A program made the position numbers and the translations under genes. A stretch of 64,000 bases of DNA from a virus, in the IMG/VR virus record IMGVR_UViG_3300046468_001139. The stretch is one strand, 5' to 3'. Below are positions 1 to 9,582 of this stretch, one piece after another. Within the stretch, counting starts at the first letter, position 1. Each line of letters begins with the position of its first letter. Below the pieces are notes generated by a model. The model was not told the DNA's origin and ran no database searches. It saw only the letters and a list, made by a program, of their open reading frames with translations.

Positions 1-54
1 CAACTATCGAACAACGAATCCACACAAACACTTGGAACAATTCAGATCGTGACT

Positions 55-237
55 CTAATGTAAATCAGGATCACGTCCAAATCCAGGTTTGACACTACTA
101 ATTTCGACTATCTCTATTTCGAAATCACTGTGTGGGGACTGAATACGGAACATCTCTACGGCTTGGGTCGCTTCTTCCATACTATTGAGTCTAGCAACTT
201 CATTACCGTCAGACATTATATTATAATGTGTAACCAT
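55..237 (-). CDS. small hypothetical protein (60 aa)
   Basis: ORF with a TAAATA late-promoter motif 6 nt upstream on the minus strand (244-249). Confidence 0.6.
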   Translation of the reverse strand: MVTHYNIMSDGNEVARLNSMEEATQAVEMFRIQSPHSDFEIEIVEISSVKPGFGRDPDLH

Positions 238-272
238 ATCAAATATTTAATGATAGTTTGCGACTAATTAAG

Positions 273-280
273 TATAAATA
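273..280 (+). promoter_or_regulatory. T4-type late promoter TATAAATA
   Basis: Exact T4 gp55 late consensus upstream of the AGGAG RBS of the 302 ORF. Confidence 0.75.
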
Positions 281-301
281 TATTATACAAAGGAGTTTAC
301 T

Positions 302-817
302 ATGAAAATTAATCAAATAGTTACAGAAACAGCAGTATCTGAGGCTCCTGGCGGAAGTGCCCTAGGTAACCTAGCAAGAAAAGCTGGCGCAAAAGTAGCA
401 GGCGCCGTTGGCGCTAAAGGCACAGCGGCTGGCATGACGGGTAAAGTAGACCAAAACGCCAGAGCAAAAGAAATATTCACACAATATAGAGGCTATATGG
501 GTCAAACTGGTGGTAATCCAAAACAACCAACAGCAGATCAAGTTATGGACTTTTTACAAAAACAAAAACTTCCAACAAAGCGTATGCAGGGTGTACAAGG
601 ACAAATGACTCCTAAACAAGTAGACGATTTGTTACAAGGAATTGCACAAGATTCGTTTAAAGGTGCGGCAGGACAAGCGGCAACTGCAAGTAGTCCAGCT
701 AGTTTAGGTGATAAGTTTGGTTCAGCAAGTGCTCAAGGCGGTATACCGGCTGATTTACAAAAAGAAATTGACGCACTAAGTCCTCAAGACAAAGCAGAAT
801 TAGCAAAGTTACTATAA
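302..817 (+). CDS. hypothetical Ala/Gly/Gln-rich protein, possible internal head protein
   Basis: AGGAG RBS, late promoter, N-terminal hydrophobic-X-E motifs (VTE, VSE). Confidence 0.6.
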   Translation: MKINQIVTETAVSEAPGGSALGNLARKAGAKVAGAVGAKGTAAGMTGKVDQNARAKEIFTQYRGYMGQTGGNPKQPTADQVMDFLQKQKLPTKRMQGVQGQMTPKQVDDLLQGIAQDSFKGAAGQAATASSPASLGDKFGSASAQGGIPADLQKEIDALSPQDKAELAKLL

Positions 818-827
818 GGACTGAATA

Positions 828-2987
828 ATGAAACTCAACGAAGTACTCACAAGCAAGACTCAAACTATATTAAATGAAGGCTGGCAAGATCTTAACGAAG
901 CACAGCAAAATTATTTAACAAGGTTTGAATTAGAGCTTTGGCCACTGGTTGAGCAGTATTCAATACTAGCAGAAGCAGAACTTACACCAGATCAAATACA
1001 ATCAATCTTCAAAGGTGCTGAAGAAACAGCAATGGCCAGTGGAGATAATAAAACTGCACTAGGTAAAGTTGGAGCGGCGGCTAAGTTACCCGTTGATCTA
1101 GCTAAGAAAGTTGATGCAAAAATTAATGAGCTAGGCAGACTAGCACAAAACGCAGGCCCAGTTAAAAATGCTGATGCAAAGTTTGAAGAACTTAAAAAGA
1201 AAATTGGTTCAAGCGACAGTAAAATTGTTGCAGGCGTTAATAAAATTAGTGATTGGGCAAAAGCTAATCCAGGTAAGGCAACACTAGCAGTAGGTATACT
1301 AACAACCATTGCGGCATTTGCAGGAGGACCACTAGGTGGTGCGGCCGCAGGTCTAGTACTACGTGGTACTAAAGATTTATTACAAGGTGAAAAACTTTCA
1401 ACAGCAGTTGGTAAGTCAGTTAAAACAGCGGCATATGGTGCTCTTGTTGGAGCAGGCTTTAGATACTTGTCAGATAACATTATGGCCAACATGGCACTTG
1501 CAGATGAAGCTCAAGCAGATGCTATGATGAAAGGGTTTGAAGATGCAAACTTTGAAAAGGCAGTTGACGGTGCTATTGCTGATGCAGGATTTGATAAAGG
1601 TGTACTTGACGGTGCAATGCTTCATAAATCATCAGGTAACATTAACGGATTCTTTTACAACTACCACACAGTTTTTAAACCAGACGAACTTGCACAATAT
1701 AAAGATTTAGTAGCGGCAACACAGTCAGTAAAAGTATTTTCGCCAGAGTATTATAAAGCGGCAGGACAACTGCACGAATTTCTTTCTGCAACACAAACAG
1801 CAAACTCAGATCTTACAACACTAGCACTTGCTATTAAAGACATTCCAAAAGATGCGTTAACAAGTGATCAGATAGATGCTGTAATTGCTGTACTTGATGA
1901 TGGCGACAAAGCAATAGCGGCAGTTAACGATGCAGGCGGAGCAATAGCGGCGGCGGCACAAGGTGCGGCGGCAACAGTTGATGATGCTAAAAAAGAAATG
2001 CACAAAGTTAAACCTGTTGCACCAGAAGAAATGAAACAACTGGAACTTGATCTTAAAGGCGGAAGTGATGCAACACCTGTAGATAAAAACTTTGACAAGA
2101 GTCAAAAACTTTCAGACTTTGGAGCAGTAGGAGATAAAGCAGAATCAATTGATTATGAAGATGCATTTAACGAATACTTACAAGAAGCAGATCCAGCACA
2201 ACAAGAACTACCATTAGACAATCCTAATTCACTAGGTGCTAAACTAAAACGTGGTGCAGGTAAAGTTGCAAGTAAAGCCGCAGGAGCAGTTAAGCAAGGT
2301 GCGGGAGCAGTTGCTAAAGGTGCCAAAGGAGCAGTTGGTGCAGTTAAGCAAGGTGCTAAAGATGTAGGTAACAAAGTTACTGCTAACAAACTTAATAAAG
2401 ATTGGAAGAAGATGGGTGAACCAACTGATTCCGGTAGCATTGTAAATATTTTATCAGGTGCAGGATTAACTAACGATCAGATAAGCAGTATTGCAGGATC
2501 AACACAAGCACCAATTAGTCCAGACGAAGTAACTAAAGCTGATGCACAAACACCTACAGATGGTGCCGCAGACGCAACACAAGCGTCAACAGCAAGTGAT
2601 AATACAAAAGACACACAAACACCAGCTAAACCAACTAAAGCACCAGCAGAACCTGCTCAAGCTGAGCCTACAAACACAGGTGCAAAGAACTTAGACAGTA
2701 CAAATACTAAAGGCGCTCCAACTAAACCAGGCAAACAAGAACCATCTAGTAAACCAACAACGCCTAAAAAACCGGGTAGCAACACAGCTACACCTACACA
2801 AAGCAATGTTAAAGCACTAGCACAAAAAATTAAACAGTCTGGTGCAAATACAGACAGTATCAAACAAGACCTAGTAGGTGGTAGTACTACATCGCAAGGT
2901 AGCACAGTTGATTTGCCAGACTTAGCAACAAGAATTGCTAAAGCAGGTGTGCAGAAACAAGTACGACAGATGTTAATTGCAAAATGA
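828..2987 (+). CDS. large Ala/Gly-rich protein with hydrophobic segment and Pro/Thr-rich linker; possible internal or ejected virion protein
   Basis: 719-aa ORF; repeated L-X-E motifs (LNE x3, LQE); hydrophobic stretch LAVGILTTIAAFAGGPLGGAAAGLVL. Confidence 0.55.
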   Translation: MKLNEVLTSKTQTILNEGWQDLNEAQQNYLTRFELELWPLVEQYSILAEAELTPDQIQSIFKGAEETAMASGDNKTALGKVGAAAKLPVDLAKKVDAKINELGRLAQNAGPVKNADAKFEELKKKIGSSDSKIVAGVNKISDWAKANPGKATLAVGILTTIAAFAGGPLGGAAAGLVLRGTKDLLQGEKLSTAVGKSVKTAAYGALVGAGFRYLSDNIMANMALADEAQADAMMKGFEDANFEKAVDGAIADAGFDKGVLDGAMLHKSSGNINGFFYNYHTVFKPDELAQYKDLVAATQSVKVFSPEYYKAAGQLHEFLSATQTANSDLTTLALAIKDIPKDALTSDQIDAVIAVLDDGDKAIAAVNDAGGAIAAAAQGAAATVDDAKKEMHKVKPVAPEEMKQLELDLKGGSDATPVDKNFDKSQKLSDFGAVGDKAESIDYEDAFNEYLQEADPAQQELPLDNPNSLGAKLKRGAGKVASKAAGAVKQGAGAVAKGAKGAVGAVKQGAKDVGNKVTANKLNKDWKKMGEPTDSGSIVNILSGAGLTNDQISSIAGSTQAPISPDEVTKADAQTPTDGAADATQASTASDNTKDTQTPAKPTKAPAEPAQAEPTNTGAKNLDSTNTKGAPTKPGKQEPSSKPTTPKKPGSNTATPTQSNVKALAQKIKQSGANTDSIKQDLVGGSTTSQGSTVDLPDLATRIAKAGVQKQVRQMLIAK

Positions 2988-3139
2988 AACAGTATTTAAA
3001 AAATCTAATTAACTGGCACGAACAACATATACATGATTTCCAAAAATGCACAAAGCTATCCGACTATCAAATGATGTGGACAGCCTTTGCTAAAGGAGCA
3101 TTATTTTCGTGGGTTATATTTTATTTGATTTTCTGCTAA
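2984..3139 (+). CDS. small putative membrane protein (51 aa), absent from the ORF track
   Basis: ATGA overlap with the upstream stop; MKQYLKNLINWHEQHIHDFQKCTKLSDYQMMWTAFAKGALFSWVIFYLIFC*. Confidence 0.6.
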   Translation: MKQYLKNLINWHEQHIHDFQKCTKLSDYQMMWTAFAKGALFSWVIFYLIFC

Positions 3140-3142
3140 ATC

Positions 3143-3292
3143 CTACCAGAACGGTTGCCCAGTCTTTTTAGCAGTCTCTAAGTTTTCTTTAATTAGTTTA
3201 GCGAATATTTCTCTATCTTCAGGACCCACTTGATACATTTCTTCAAGACTAATTGCACCACGCATGTACCAACACAGGCGTGCAAGTTCCAT
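3143..3292 (-). CDS. gp51-like baseplate hub assembly ORF; frame is open upstream to the gp26 slippery site (probable frameshift extension)
   Basis: MELARLCWYMRGAISLEEMYQVGPEDREIFAKLIKENLETAKKTGQPFW*; directly downstream of gp26 as in T4 26-51; -1 frame relative to gp26. Confidence 0.65.
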   Translation of the reverse strand: MELARLCWYMRGAISLEEMYQVGPEDREIFAKLIKENLETAKKTGQPFW

Positions 3293-3335
3293 CTTGATGT
3301 TTTTTGTCTCGTTTTCTAGGTTGTCGACCAGTCTT

Positions 3336-3379
3336 AGGATATCCTCTAGAGACTTAGAAGCTATCCTTATACGAAAAAA
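3336..3379 (-). promoter_or_regulatory. putative -1 programmed ribosomal frameshift signal
   Basis: T TTT TTC heptamer (3379-3373), 5-nt spacer, hairpin AGGATA-G-CTTCTA-AGTCTC-TAGAGG-A-TATCCT (3367-3336). Confidence 0.65.
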
Positions 3380-4230
3380 TTTGATTGATCAAACGAAACA
3401 GGCATTTCCCATTGCTTAGGTGCGCCTTCTTTGATTTCTTCTTCTGTTGCGTCAACTGTGATTGGCTCTAACGTAAACTTTTTCTTTTGTGATTCCATAC
3501 TTTCAACAACAGAAGAATAAAACTTCTTGTCTGCATTTTGTATAAACTGTTGAATGTGTAATTTGTCAGTTACAACATCTTCACCTGTTTGGATCGATAC
3601 AATTCCTTGCATGACCATATCAACTGTAATACTTGTTAAGCGTTGGAATGCTTGATTAAAGATTTCTAGTTTTTGTTCTTCTGTCATATCATCTTCTTGT
3701 ATGACTGAAGCAATACGCTGTTCTTCAAAAGTCTTAGTTGCAACTTTTGTAAACTCACGATACGTTTGCGGCCTTACTGTAAGGGTAAGCTCGTCTATTG
3801 TAAGAGTATCATCAAACGCAACATTTTGAAACTTGTCAAGTACTACTCTTAAGTCTAGGTCAAATTTACGTTCTAGTTTTGTATTTGGGATTTTAGAAGT
3901 TAATTCTAATTTCTCCCCGTATGTGGCAATTCTAATAGCAACCAATAGTGTATCAATATCAAGTGTTGGTATGTCCCAACCGTTTTTAATATTAGGTACA
4001 CAACTTTGGATAACATCAACTGTAGATTGACCGTTAAGTAATGCATCAGGAGTTTTAAACATAAGTTCATCTCTTGCCGTCATTGCATAAACAGGGAATT
4101 CCATATTGTCTGTTACTTCTAAACTTCCATTAGGATACCATCTGCCGTTGCTTGGCAACTTAATGTAAATTTTTGGTTGCCTAAAATACTTCTGTAACGG
4201 ATTGGCTCCGCTTCTCTCTATTTCTGGCAT
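3367..4230 (-). CDS. gp26: T4 gp26-like baseplate hub assembly protein / tail chaperone
   Basis: P.IYIKLPS.G, MTARDE, DID.LLVAIR..TYGE motifs and C-terminal NFF typical of T4-like gp26. Confidence 0.75.
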   Translation of the reverse strand: MPEIERSGANPLQKYFRQPKIYIKLPSNGRWYPNGSLEVTDNMEFPVYAMTARDELMFKTPDALLNGQSTVDVIQSCVPNIKNGWDIPTLDIDTLLVAIRIATYGEKLELTSKIPNTKLERKFDLDLRVVLDKFQNVAFDDTLTIDELTLTVRPQTYREFTKVATKTFEEQRIASVIQEDDMTEEQKLEIFNQAFQRLTSITVDMVMQGIVSIQTGEDVVTDKLHIQQFIQNADKKFYSSVVESMESQKKKFTLEPITVDATEEEIKEGAPKQWEMPVSFDQSNFFV

Positions 4231-4242
4231 GGTTTTTCTCCG

Positions 4243-4276
4243 GATAAATAATAAGTGTTCATATAGTATATTTATG
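4243..4276. promoter_or_regulatory. pair of face-to-face late promoters (GATAAATA + strand 4243-4250; CATAAATA - strand 4269-4276)
   Basis: Motifs lie in the intergenic space between divergent gp26 and the tape-measure-like gene. Confidence 0.6.
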
Positions 4277-4303
4277 AATCTGAGTTATATAGGTACTTAA
4301 TAA

Positions 4304-6937
4304 ATGGTTGATGTCACATACAGAGGCGGTGGAATGGATGGAGTTACTAGCAATGCGGCTAGTGAAGCTACTCTCCAACGTCTAGTTGCACTAATGGAAA
4401 AAGGCTCCAAGGGCGGTGGTGCGGCCACTGAAAAAATGGCAAATGACGTCAAAACCAAAGGCGTTGCTATATCTAAAGAAGATAACAAGGCTACAGCAGA
4501 AGGTACTGAAGCTAAGAAAGACGCAACCAAAGCACAGAAGAAACTTTCAGAACGAGTTAGAAATACTGCAAAAGCATTTGATAGATACTCATTAGGACTA
4601 TTCAGCGGAATAGGTAATACTATCCAAACATTTGGTGGTCTTGGTAAAGAACTAATTGCTGGCGGTAATCGAATAAGTGACTTTGGACAGCATGTTACAG
4701 GACTAATATCAAAATTTCCTATTGTAGGCGGCGTGATTGGTCAGTTTGGCCAAACAATGCTGAATGTACTTGATAATCAAATTGACATGTACAGATCATT
4801 GTCTGGAGCAGGTATTGACTTTGGTTCTAGTATGTTTGAAATGCAAAGACGTGCCGCTGAAGCAGGATTAAACATGGCTACCTTAGCAGGTACAATACAA
4901 GAAAATTCACAGATGTTAGCAGTAGCATTTGGCGGTGCAACTACAGGTGCTGATAGATTTTCTAAAATTTCAAAATATGTACAGCAATCACAAACAGATT
5001 TTTCTAAACTAGGTATGACAATGGAAGATGTAACTGAGTTTACAGCTGACTATATTGACTTACAAAGAATTCAAGGTAGATTGAAAGATCGTTCTGATAG
5101 AAGTCTTGCTAAAGGCACACAGAATTATATTATGCAACTTGATGCACTTGCTAAAATTACAGGTATGTCTAGAAAGCAAGCCGCAGAAGAATTAAAAGCT
5201 CAAAGTACTGATAAGAGATTACAAGCATTGTTCATGAACATGGATTCTAGCGTTCAAGAACAAATGAATGCTAGTTTAGCATTGATCAAAGGCGGAAGTC
5301 CAGAAATGGAAGACGCAATAAAAGAATTGATTGCAACTAACGGTGCTCCATTAAGTGACTTTGGAAAGAGTTTGCTACGAACTAATCCAGAGTTTGCAAC
5401 AATGGCACAAGGATTGAGAGATGGTTCTTTATCAGCAGATGATTTTGCAGAGATGACTAACTTGCAAGTAGAAGAAGCAAAAAGGTTTGTTAAGGAAAAT
5501 GCGGCAGTAATTGCACAATCACAAGCACTAGGTGATACTACATATGATGCTGTATTAGCACTAGCAAAAATGGGTGAAGTTGGTGGAAAACTTAGTGATG
5601 CAGAACAAAAACAATTAGATGCTATTGCGGCTAAAGATAAAACACTTACTGACTTTGATAGTATGATTGAAAAGATACGTAGTACTATCTTAGTTAAATT
5701 GCTTGACTCAGGTATATTTGACAAACTGCAAAAAGTAATGTCAGACCTTACAGCATGGTTCAACAAAGACGAAACACAAACATCTATTCAGGGATTTGTT
5801 GATAGACTAGGAACATTGTTTGACAACCTTGGTACAATGGTTGAAGACTTTAAAAAAGATTGGGGCAAGTTAAGCATTGGTGAACTAGTAACCAAGTATC
5901 TTATTAATCCTATCAAAACATTATTTGGTGCTGACACAGGTCCGCCACCAGGACATCCGGAGCATAATAAAAATGCAGGTTCGAAATCAAGTGGACTAAT
6001 GGGAGGATTGTTTGAATCATTAGGTCCAATAATTGAAAAATTTGAATCGTGGGGTAAAGCATTAATGTGGGGCGGTATTGGTGCCGCGGCTGTATTAATT
6101 GGATTCACAGCGGCTGTTGCGGCTATGGCGGCTCCGTTAGCATTAGCAACGCCAGGCGTTTTGGCAATTGGAGTAGCATTTGCTGGAGTAGGTGTAGCAG
6201 GATTTGGAATTGCGGCGTTGATAGATTCGATCACCACATCTGTTGACAATGTTGCAGTTGGATTGAAAAAGTTTGAAGACCTTGATTCAAAAAAATTAGG
6301 TGACGTTGGTGGGGCCTTAAAACCACTTACAGATAATATTATGGGTCTTGCTAAAGGCGGTGTTGTTGCATCGTTTATGAGTGAAGGCGTATTAGAAAAA
6401 ATTGCCGCAGGCGTTAAATCGTTTGAAGGTATTGATTCTAAATCAATGAAGGATATGGGTCCTGCATTAACTAGTTTACAAACAGGTATTGCGGCATTTA
6501 CCGGTGACGGTATTATGGATAGCTTTAGTAAATTCATTGGCGGATTGTTTGGCAATGATGGTGGAATGAAAGATATGGCTGACGACCTTGAGGCGTTTGC
6601 TGATATTGATTCCGCTGGAATTAAAGCTATTGGAGATGGGTTACAAGGCATTGCGGCATATATTGAAACTATGGATGGTGCAAACCTTAAACAAGTAACC
6701 AAAAACTTAAAAGAATTAATTAAACAAATTGGACAATACAACGAAGAATACAAAAATATGGATGCTGAAACCAAAGCATCGTTTACTAAAGTATTAAATG
6801 TCAATAATGAGAGTCAAGATAAGTCGAGTAGCTTACTGAATCAGTTAAATAGTACTAACACACTTATATTAGATGAACTTAAAAAACAAACTAAAGGTGG
6901 AAAAGCTATGACAAACGCAATATCAGGAGCGGCATAA
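4304..6937 (+). CDS. tape measure-like protein
   Basis: 877 aa, predicted helical, Ala/Gly/Leu-rich with a long hydrophobic segment (WGGIGAAAVLIGF...FGIAALI); adjacent to gp26/gp51 chaperones. Confidence 0.65.
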   Translation: MVDVTYRGGGMDGVTSNAASEATLQRLVALMEKGSKGGGAATEKMANDVKTKGVAISKEDNKATAEGTEAKKDATKAQKKLSERVRNTAKAFDRYSLGLFSGIGNTIQTFGGLGKELIAGGNRISDFGQHVTGLISKFPIVGGVIGQFGQTMLNVLDNQIDMYRSLSGAGIDFGSSMFEMQRRAAEAGLNMATLAGTIQENSQMLAVAFGGATTGADRFSKISKYVQQSQTDFSKLGMTMEDVTEFTADYIDLQRIQGRLKDRSDRSLAKGTQNYIMQLDALAKITGMSRKQAAEELKAQSTDKRLQALFMNMDSSVQEQMNASLALIKGGSPEMEDAIKELIATNGAPLSDFGKSLLRTNPEFATMAQGLRDGSLSADDFAEMTNLQVEEAKRFVKENAAVIAQSQALGDTTYDAVLALAKMGEVGGKLSDAEQKQLDAIAAKDKTLTDFDSMIEKIRSTILVKLLDSGIFDKLQKVMSDLTAWFNKDETQTSIQGFVDRLGTLFDNLGTMVEDFKKDWGKLSIGELVTKYLINPIKTLFGADTGPPPGHPEHNKNAGSKSSGLMGGLFESLGPIIEKFESWGKALMWGGIGAAAVLIGFTAAVAAMAAPLALATPGVLAIGVAFAGVGVAGFGIAALIDSITTSVDNVAVGLKKFEDLDSKKLGDVGGALKPLTDNIMGLAKGGVVASFMSEGVLEKIAAGVKSFEGIDSKSMKDMGPALTSLQTGIAAFTGDGIMDSFSKFIGGLFGNDGGMKDMADDLEAFADIDSAGIKAIGDGLQGIAAYIETMDGANLKQVTKNLKELIKQIGQYNEEYKNMDAETKASFTKVLNVNNESQDKSSSLLNQLNSTNTLILDELKKQTKGGKAMTNAISGAA

Positions 6938-8673
6938 TGAGTTGGAAACGTTATTTTACGCCAGTTCCAACAGGTTCTGCCCAAGACGGCAGTTATAGCC
7001 CACTTGGCGGAAGTACTAACCAAGGTATGGGTCCTGCCCAAGCAAACTATTCAAGTTACTTGCCAGATGTATATGTAGGTTCTCCAAATCGTGTTGAAAG
7101 ATACGGACAATATAACACTATGGACAACGATAGTGAAGTAAATGCCGCATTAGATATTTTAGCAGAATTTACAACCCAAAAAAATACTTCAAACAGAAGT
7201 CCGTTTGTTATGGATTTCAAATCTGATGCAACTAATACAGAAGTACAAACACTTAAACTATACTTACAACAGTGGTGTAAAGTACAAAACTTTGAAACAA
7301 AAATGTTTCGTATTTTACGTAATGTATTCAAGTATGGTGATGCATTTTTTATTAGAGATCCAGAAACTAAAAAATGGCATTACATTGATCCTGCAAACGT
7401 TACAAAGATTATTGTTAACGAATCAGAAGGTAAAAAACCTGAACAGTATGTTATTAAAAATGTAAACTTAAACTTTGTTTCAAACGTAGCAACTACTCCA
7501 TTACAAACAAACGGTAATGTTACAGGCGGTGGCGAAGGTTACATGACTGGTGGCTCACGTGGAATGACAGGTGCACCTAACCAAGCATTACAAGGTGGAC
7601 GTTTTGCAAAAGGCGAATCAGAGTTTGCAGTTGATGCAGAACATATTGTACACCTAAGTTTATCAGAAGGGTTAGACAACAACTTCCCATTTGGTAACAG
7701 TTTGTTAGAAAGTATATTTAAAGTATACAAACAAAAAGAATTATTAGAAGATGCTATTATTATTTACAGAGTGCAAAGAGCACCTGAACGTAGAGTATTT
7801 TACGTTGACGTAGGTAATATGCCATCACACTTGGCAATGCAATTTGTTGAACGTGTAAAAACAGATATACACCAAAGACGTATTCCAAGTAGTACAGGTG
7901 GAGGAAATAATGTTATTGACTCTAGCTATAACCCATTAAGCATTAACGAAGATTACTTCTTTCCGCAAACAGCAGAAGGACGTGGATCTAAAGTTGAAAC
8001 ACTACCAGGTGGTACAAACTTAGGAGAGATTGATGATCTTAGATATTTTACTAATAAGTTGGTACGCGGTTTGCGTATTCCTAGTTCTTATCTTCCTACA
8101 GGGCCTGACGATGGTGCTAGTGCATTCCAAGATGGGCGAGTGGGTACTGCGTACATTCAAGAGTTACGCTTTAACACCTATTGCGAAAGACTACAAGGAC
8201 TTTTAACAGAACAATTTAATCAAGACTTTAAACGCTACCTATTAGAAAAAGGTATTAACATTGACACAGCAATGTTTGACCTAAGGATGCAACCACCACA
8301 AAACTTTGCAAGTTACAGACAATCAGAACTTGACAATGCAAGAGTTGGAACATTTACTCAAATGGCGGCTATACCTTATGTGTCAAATAGATTTGCACTT
8401 AAACGTTTCTTAGGACTAAGTGCAGAAGAAGTTGCAGAGAACGAAAAGTTCTGGCGTGAAGAAAATGACGAAAACTTAACTCCAGTTCCAACAGACGCCG
8501 CAGGCGAAATGCGTGGAGCAGGTGTTAGTGCCGCAGGCATGAGTGCAGACCTTGGCGGAATGGAAGATGAAGCAGTTGATCCAGACGCACCGGCACCAGA
8601 AGATGGCGGAGCAGGCACACCACCAGAAACAGTAACAGGCGATGATGCCCCAGTACCAGGCGCTGAAGGATAA
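6937..8673 (+). CDS. gp20: portal vertex protein
   Basis: LLEDAIIIYRVQRAPERRVFYVDVGNMP, EDYFFP, SKVETLPGG, LRIPSSYL, ELRF motifs. Confidence 0.95.
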   Translation: MSWKRYFTPVPTGSAQDGSYSPLGGSTNQGMGPAQANYSSYLPDVYVGSPNRVERYGQYNTMDNDSEVNAALDILAEFTTQKNTSNRSPFVMDFKSDATNTEVQTLKLYLQQWCKVQNFETKMFRILRNVFKYGDAFFIRDPETKKWHYIDPANVTKIIVNESEGKKPEQYVIKNVNLNFVSNVATTPLQTNGNVTGGGEGYMTGGSRGMTGAPNQALQGGRFAKGESEFAVDAEHIVHLSLSEGLDNNFPFGNSLLESIFKVYKQKELLEDAIIIYRVQRAPERRVFYVDVGNMPSHLAMQFVERVKTDIHQRRIPSSTGGGNNVIDSSYNPLSINEDYFFPQTAEGRGSKVETLPGGTNLGEIDDLRYFTNKLVRGLRIPSSYLPTGPDDGASAFQDGRVGTAYIQELRFNTYCERLQGLLTEQFNQDFKRYLLEKGINIDTAMFDLRMQPPQNFASYRQSELDNARVGTFTQMAAIPYVSNRFALKRFLGLSAEEVAENEKFWREENDENLTPVPTDAAGEMRGAGVSAAGMSADLGGMEDEAVDPDAPAPEDGGAGTPPETVTGDDAPVPGAEG

Positions 8674-8681
8674 ATATTAAC

Positions 8682-8927
8682 ATGATACTACGTGAACTAT
8701 TTTATTTTGATAAAGAAACTTTGGAGCCAGTTGAAAACAACGCTTACGATCCCAAGTCTGATGATTCAATTATGAAAAAAGACGACACACGTAAGACACG
8801 TTTAACATTACGTCAGATAAACAAAATGCGTAAAGCATCTGATTTGCACAAAGAGGAGCAGGACAAGGAATTACATTTCGTAAGACAAATGTATGGACTT
8901 GCCGCGAATGCAGAACAGGCTGTTTAA
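8682..8927 (+). CDS. small conserved-looking head-module protein
   Basis: 81 aa; DTRKTRLTLRQINKMRK, V..MYG; follows the portal; TAAATA upstream. Confidence 0.6.
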   Translation: MILRELFYFDKETLEPVENNAYDPKSDDSIMKKDDTRKTRLTLRQINKMRKASDLHKEEQDKELHFVRQMYGLAANAEQAV

Positions 8928-8929
8928 AA

Positions 8930-9532
8930 ATGTCAATAGCATTTGTTATTGGTAACGGCACGTCAAGAAAACCTATACCCTTAGAACCACTTAAAGCACA
9001 CGGAACATTATATGCCTGTAACGCTGTTTACAGATCAGGATTAAGACCTGACTATCTTGTTGCTGTAGATACTAAGATGGTTACTGAAATTAACAATTCA
9101 AAGTATCAACACGAAAACAAAGTTTGGACTAATCCAAACAAACTATACGAAAAATTTCATTGCTTTAACTACTTTGCTGATCCTTTAGGTTGGTCAAGTG
9201 GACCTACAGCATTATGGTTAGCATCTTATGGTGCAGATCATCAACACAGCGAAATATACATACTAGGCTTTGACTACGAAGGAATAGAAGGCAAAATTAA
9301 TAATTTGTATGCAAATACAAAAAACTACAAAAGAAGCGAAGAAGTAGCAACATATCATGGCAATTGGAGCAGGCAAACAGGAATAGTAATTCAAAAAAAT
9401 GTTGGAAAGAGATATATACGTGTAGTAGAGAATAAGGATGATTACTGCCCAGACAATTTAAGACCCTTAGGTAACCTATCCCATATTACAGTAGCTGAAT
9501 TCACTGAAAAATTCGTGAATTTACAATCTTAA
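8930..9532 (+). CDS. DUF115/MptE-like or sialyltransferase-like Rossmann protein
   Basis: FVIGNGTSR, YACNA.YR, DYLVAVD, SSGPTAL, IYILGFD motifs. Confidence 0.5.
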   Translation: MSIAFVIGNGTSRKPIPLEPLKAHGTLYACNAVYRSGLRPDYLVAVDTKMVTEINNSKYQHENKVWTNPNKLYEKFHCFNYFADPLGWSSGPTALWLASYGADHQHSEIYILGFDYEGIEGKINNLYANTKNYKRSEEVATYHGNWSRQTGIVIQKNVGKRYIRVVENKDDYCPDNLRPLGNLSHITVAEFTEKFVNLQS

Positions 9533-9582
9533 TGTAAAATCGGCTCGTTTTGACCGGTTTAACCACCCTTTTAATCATTTTC

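Noticed and set aside
4304-6937. Terminase, expected upstream of the portal
   Set aside because: No Walker A or nuclease motifs; composition fits a tape-measure-like protein
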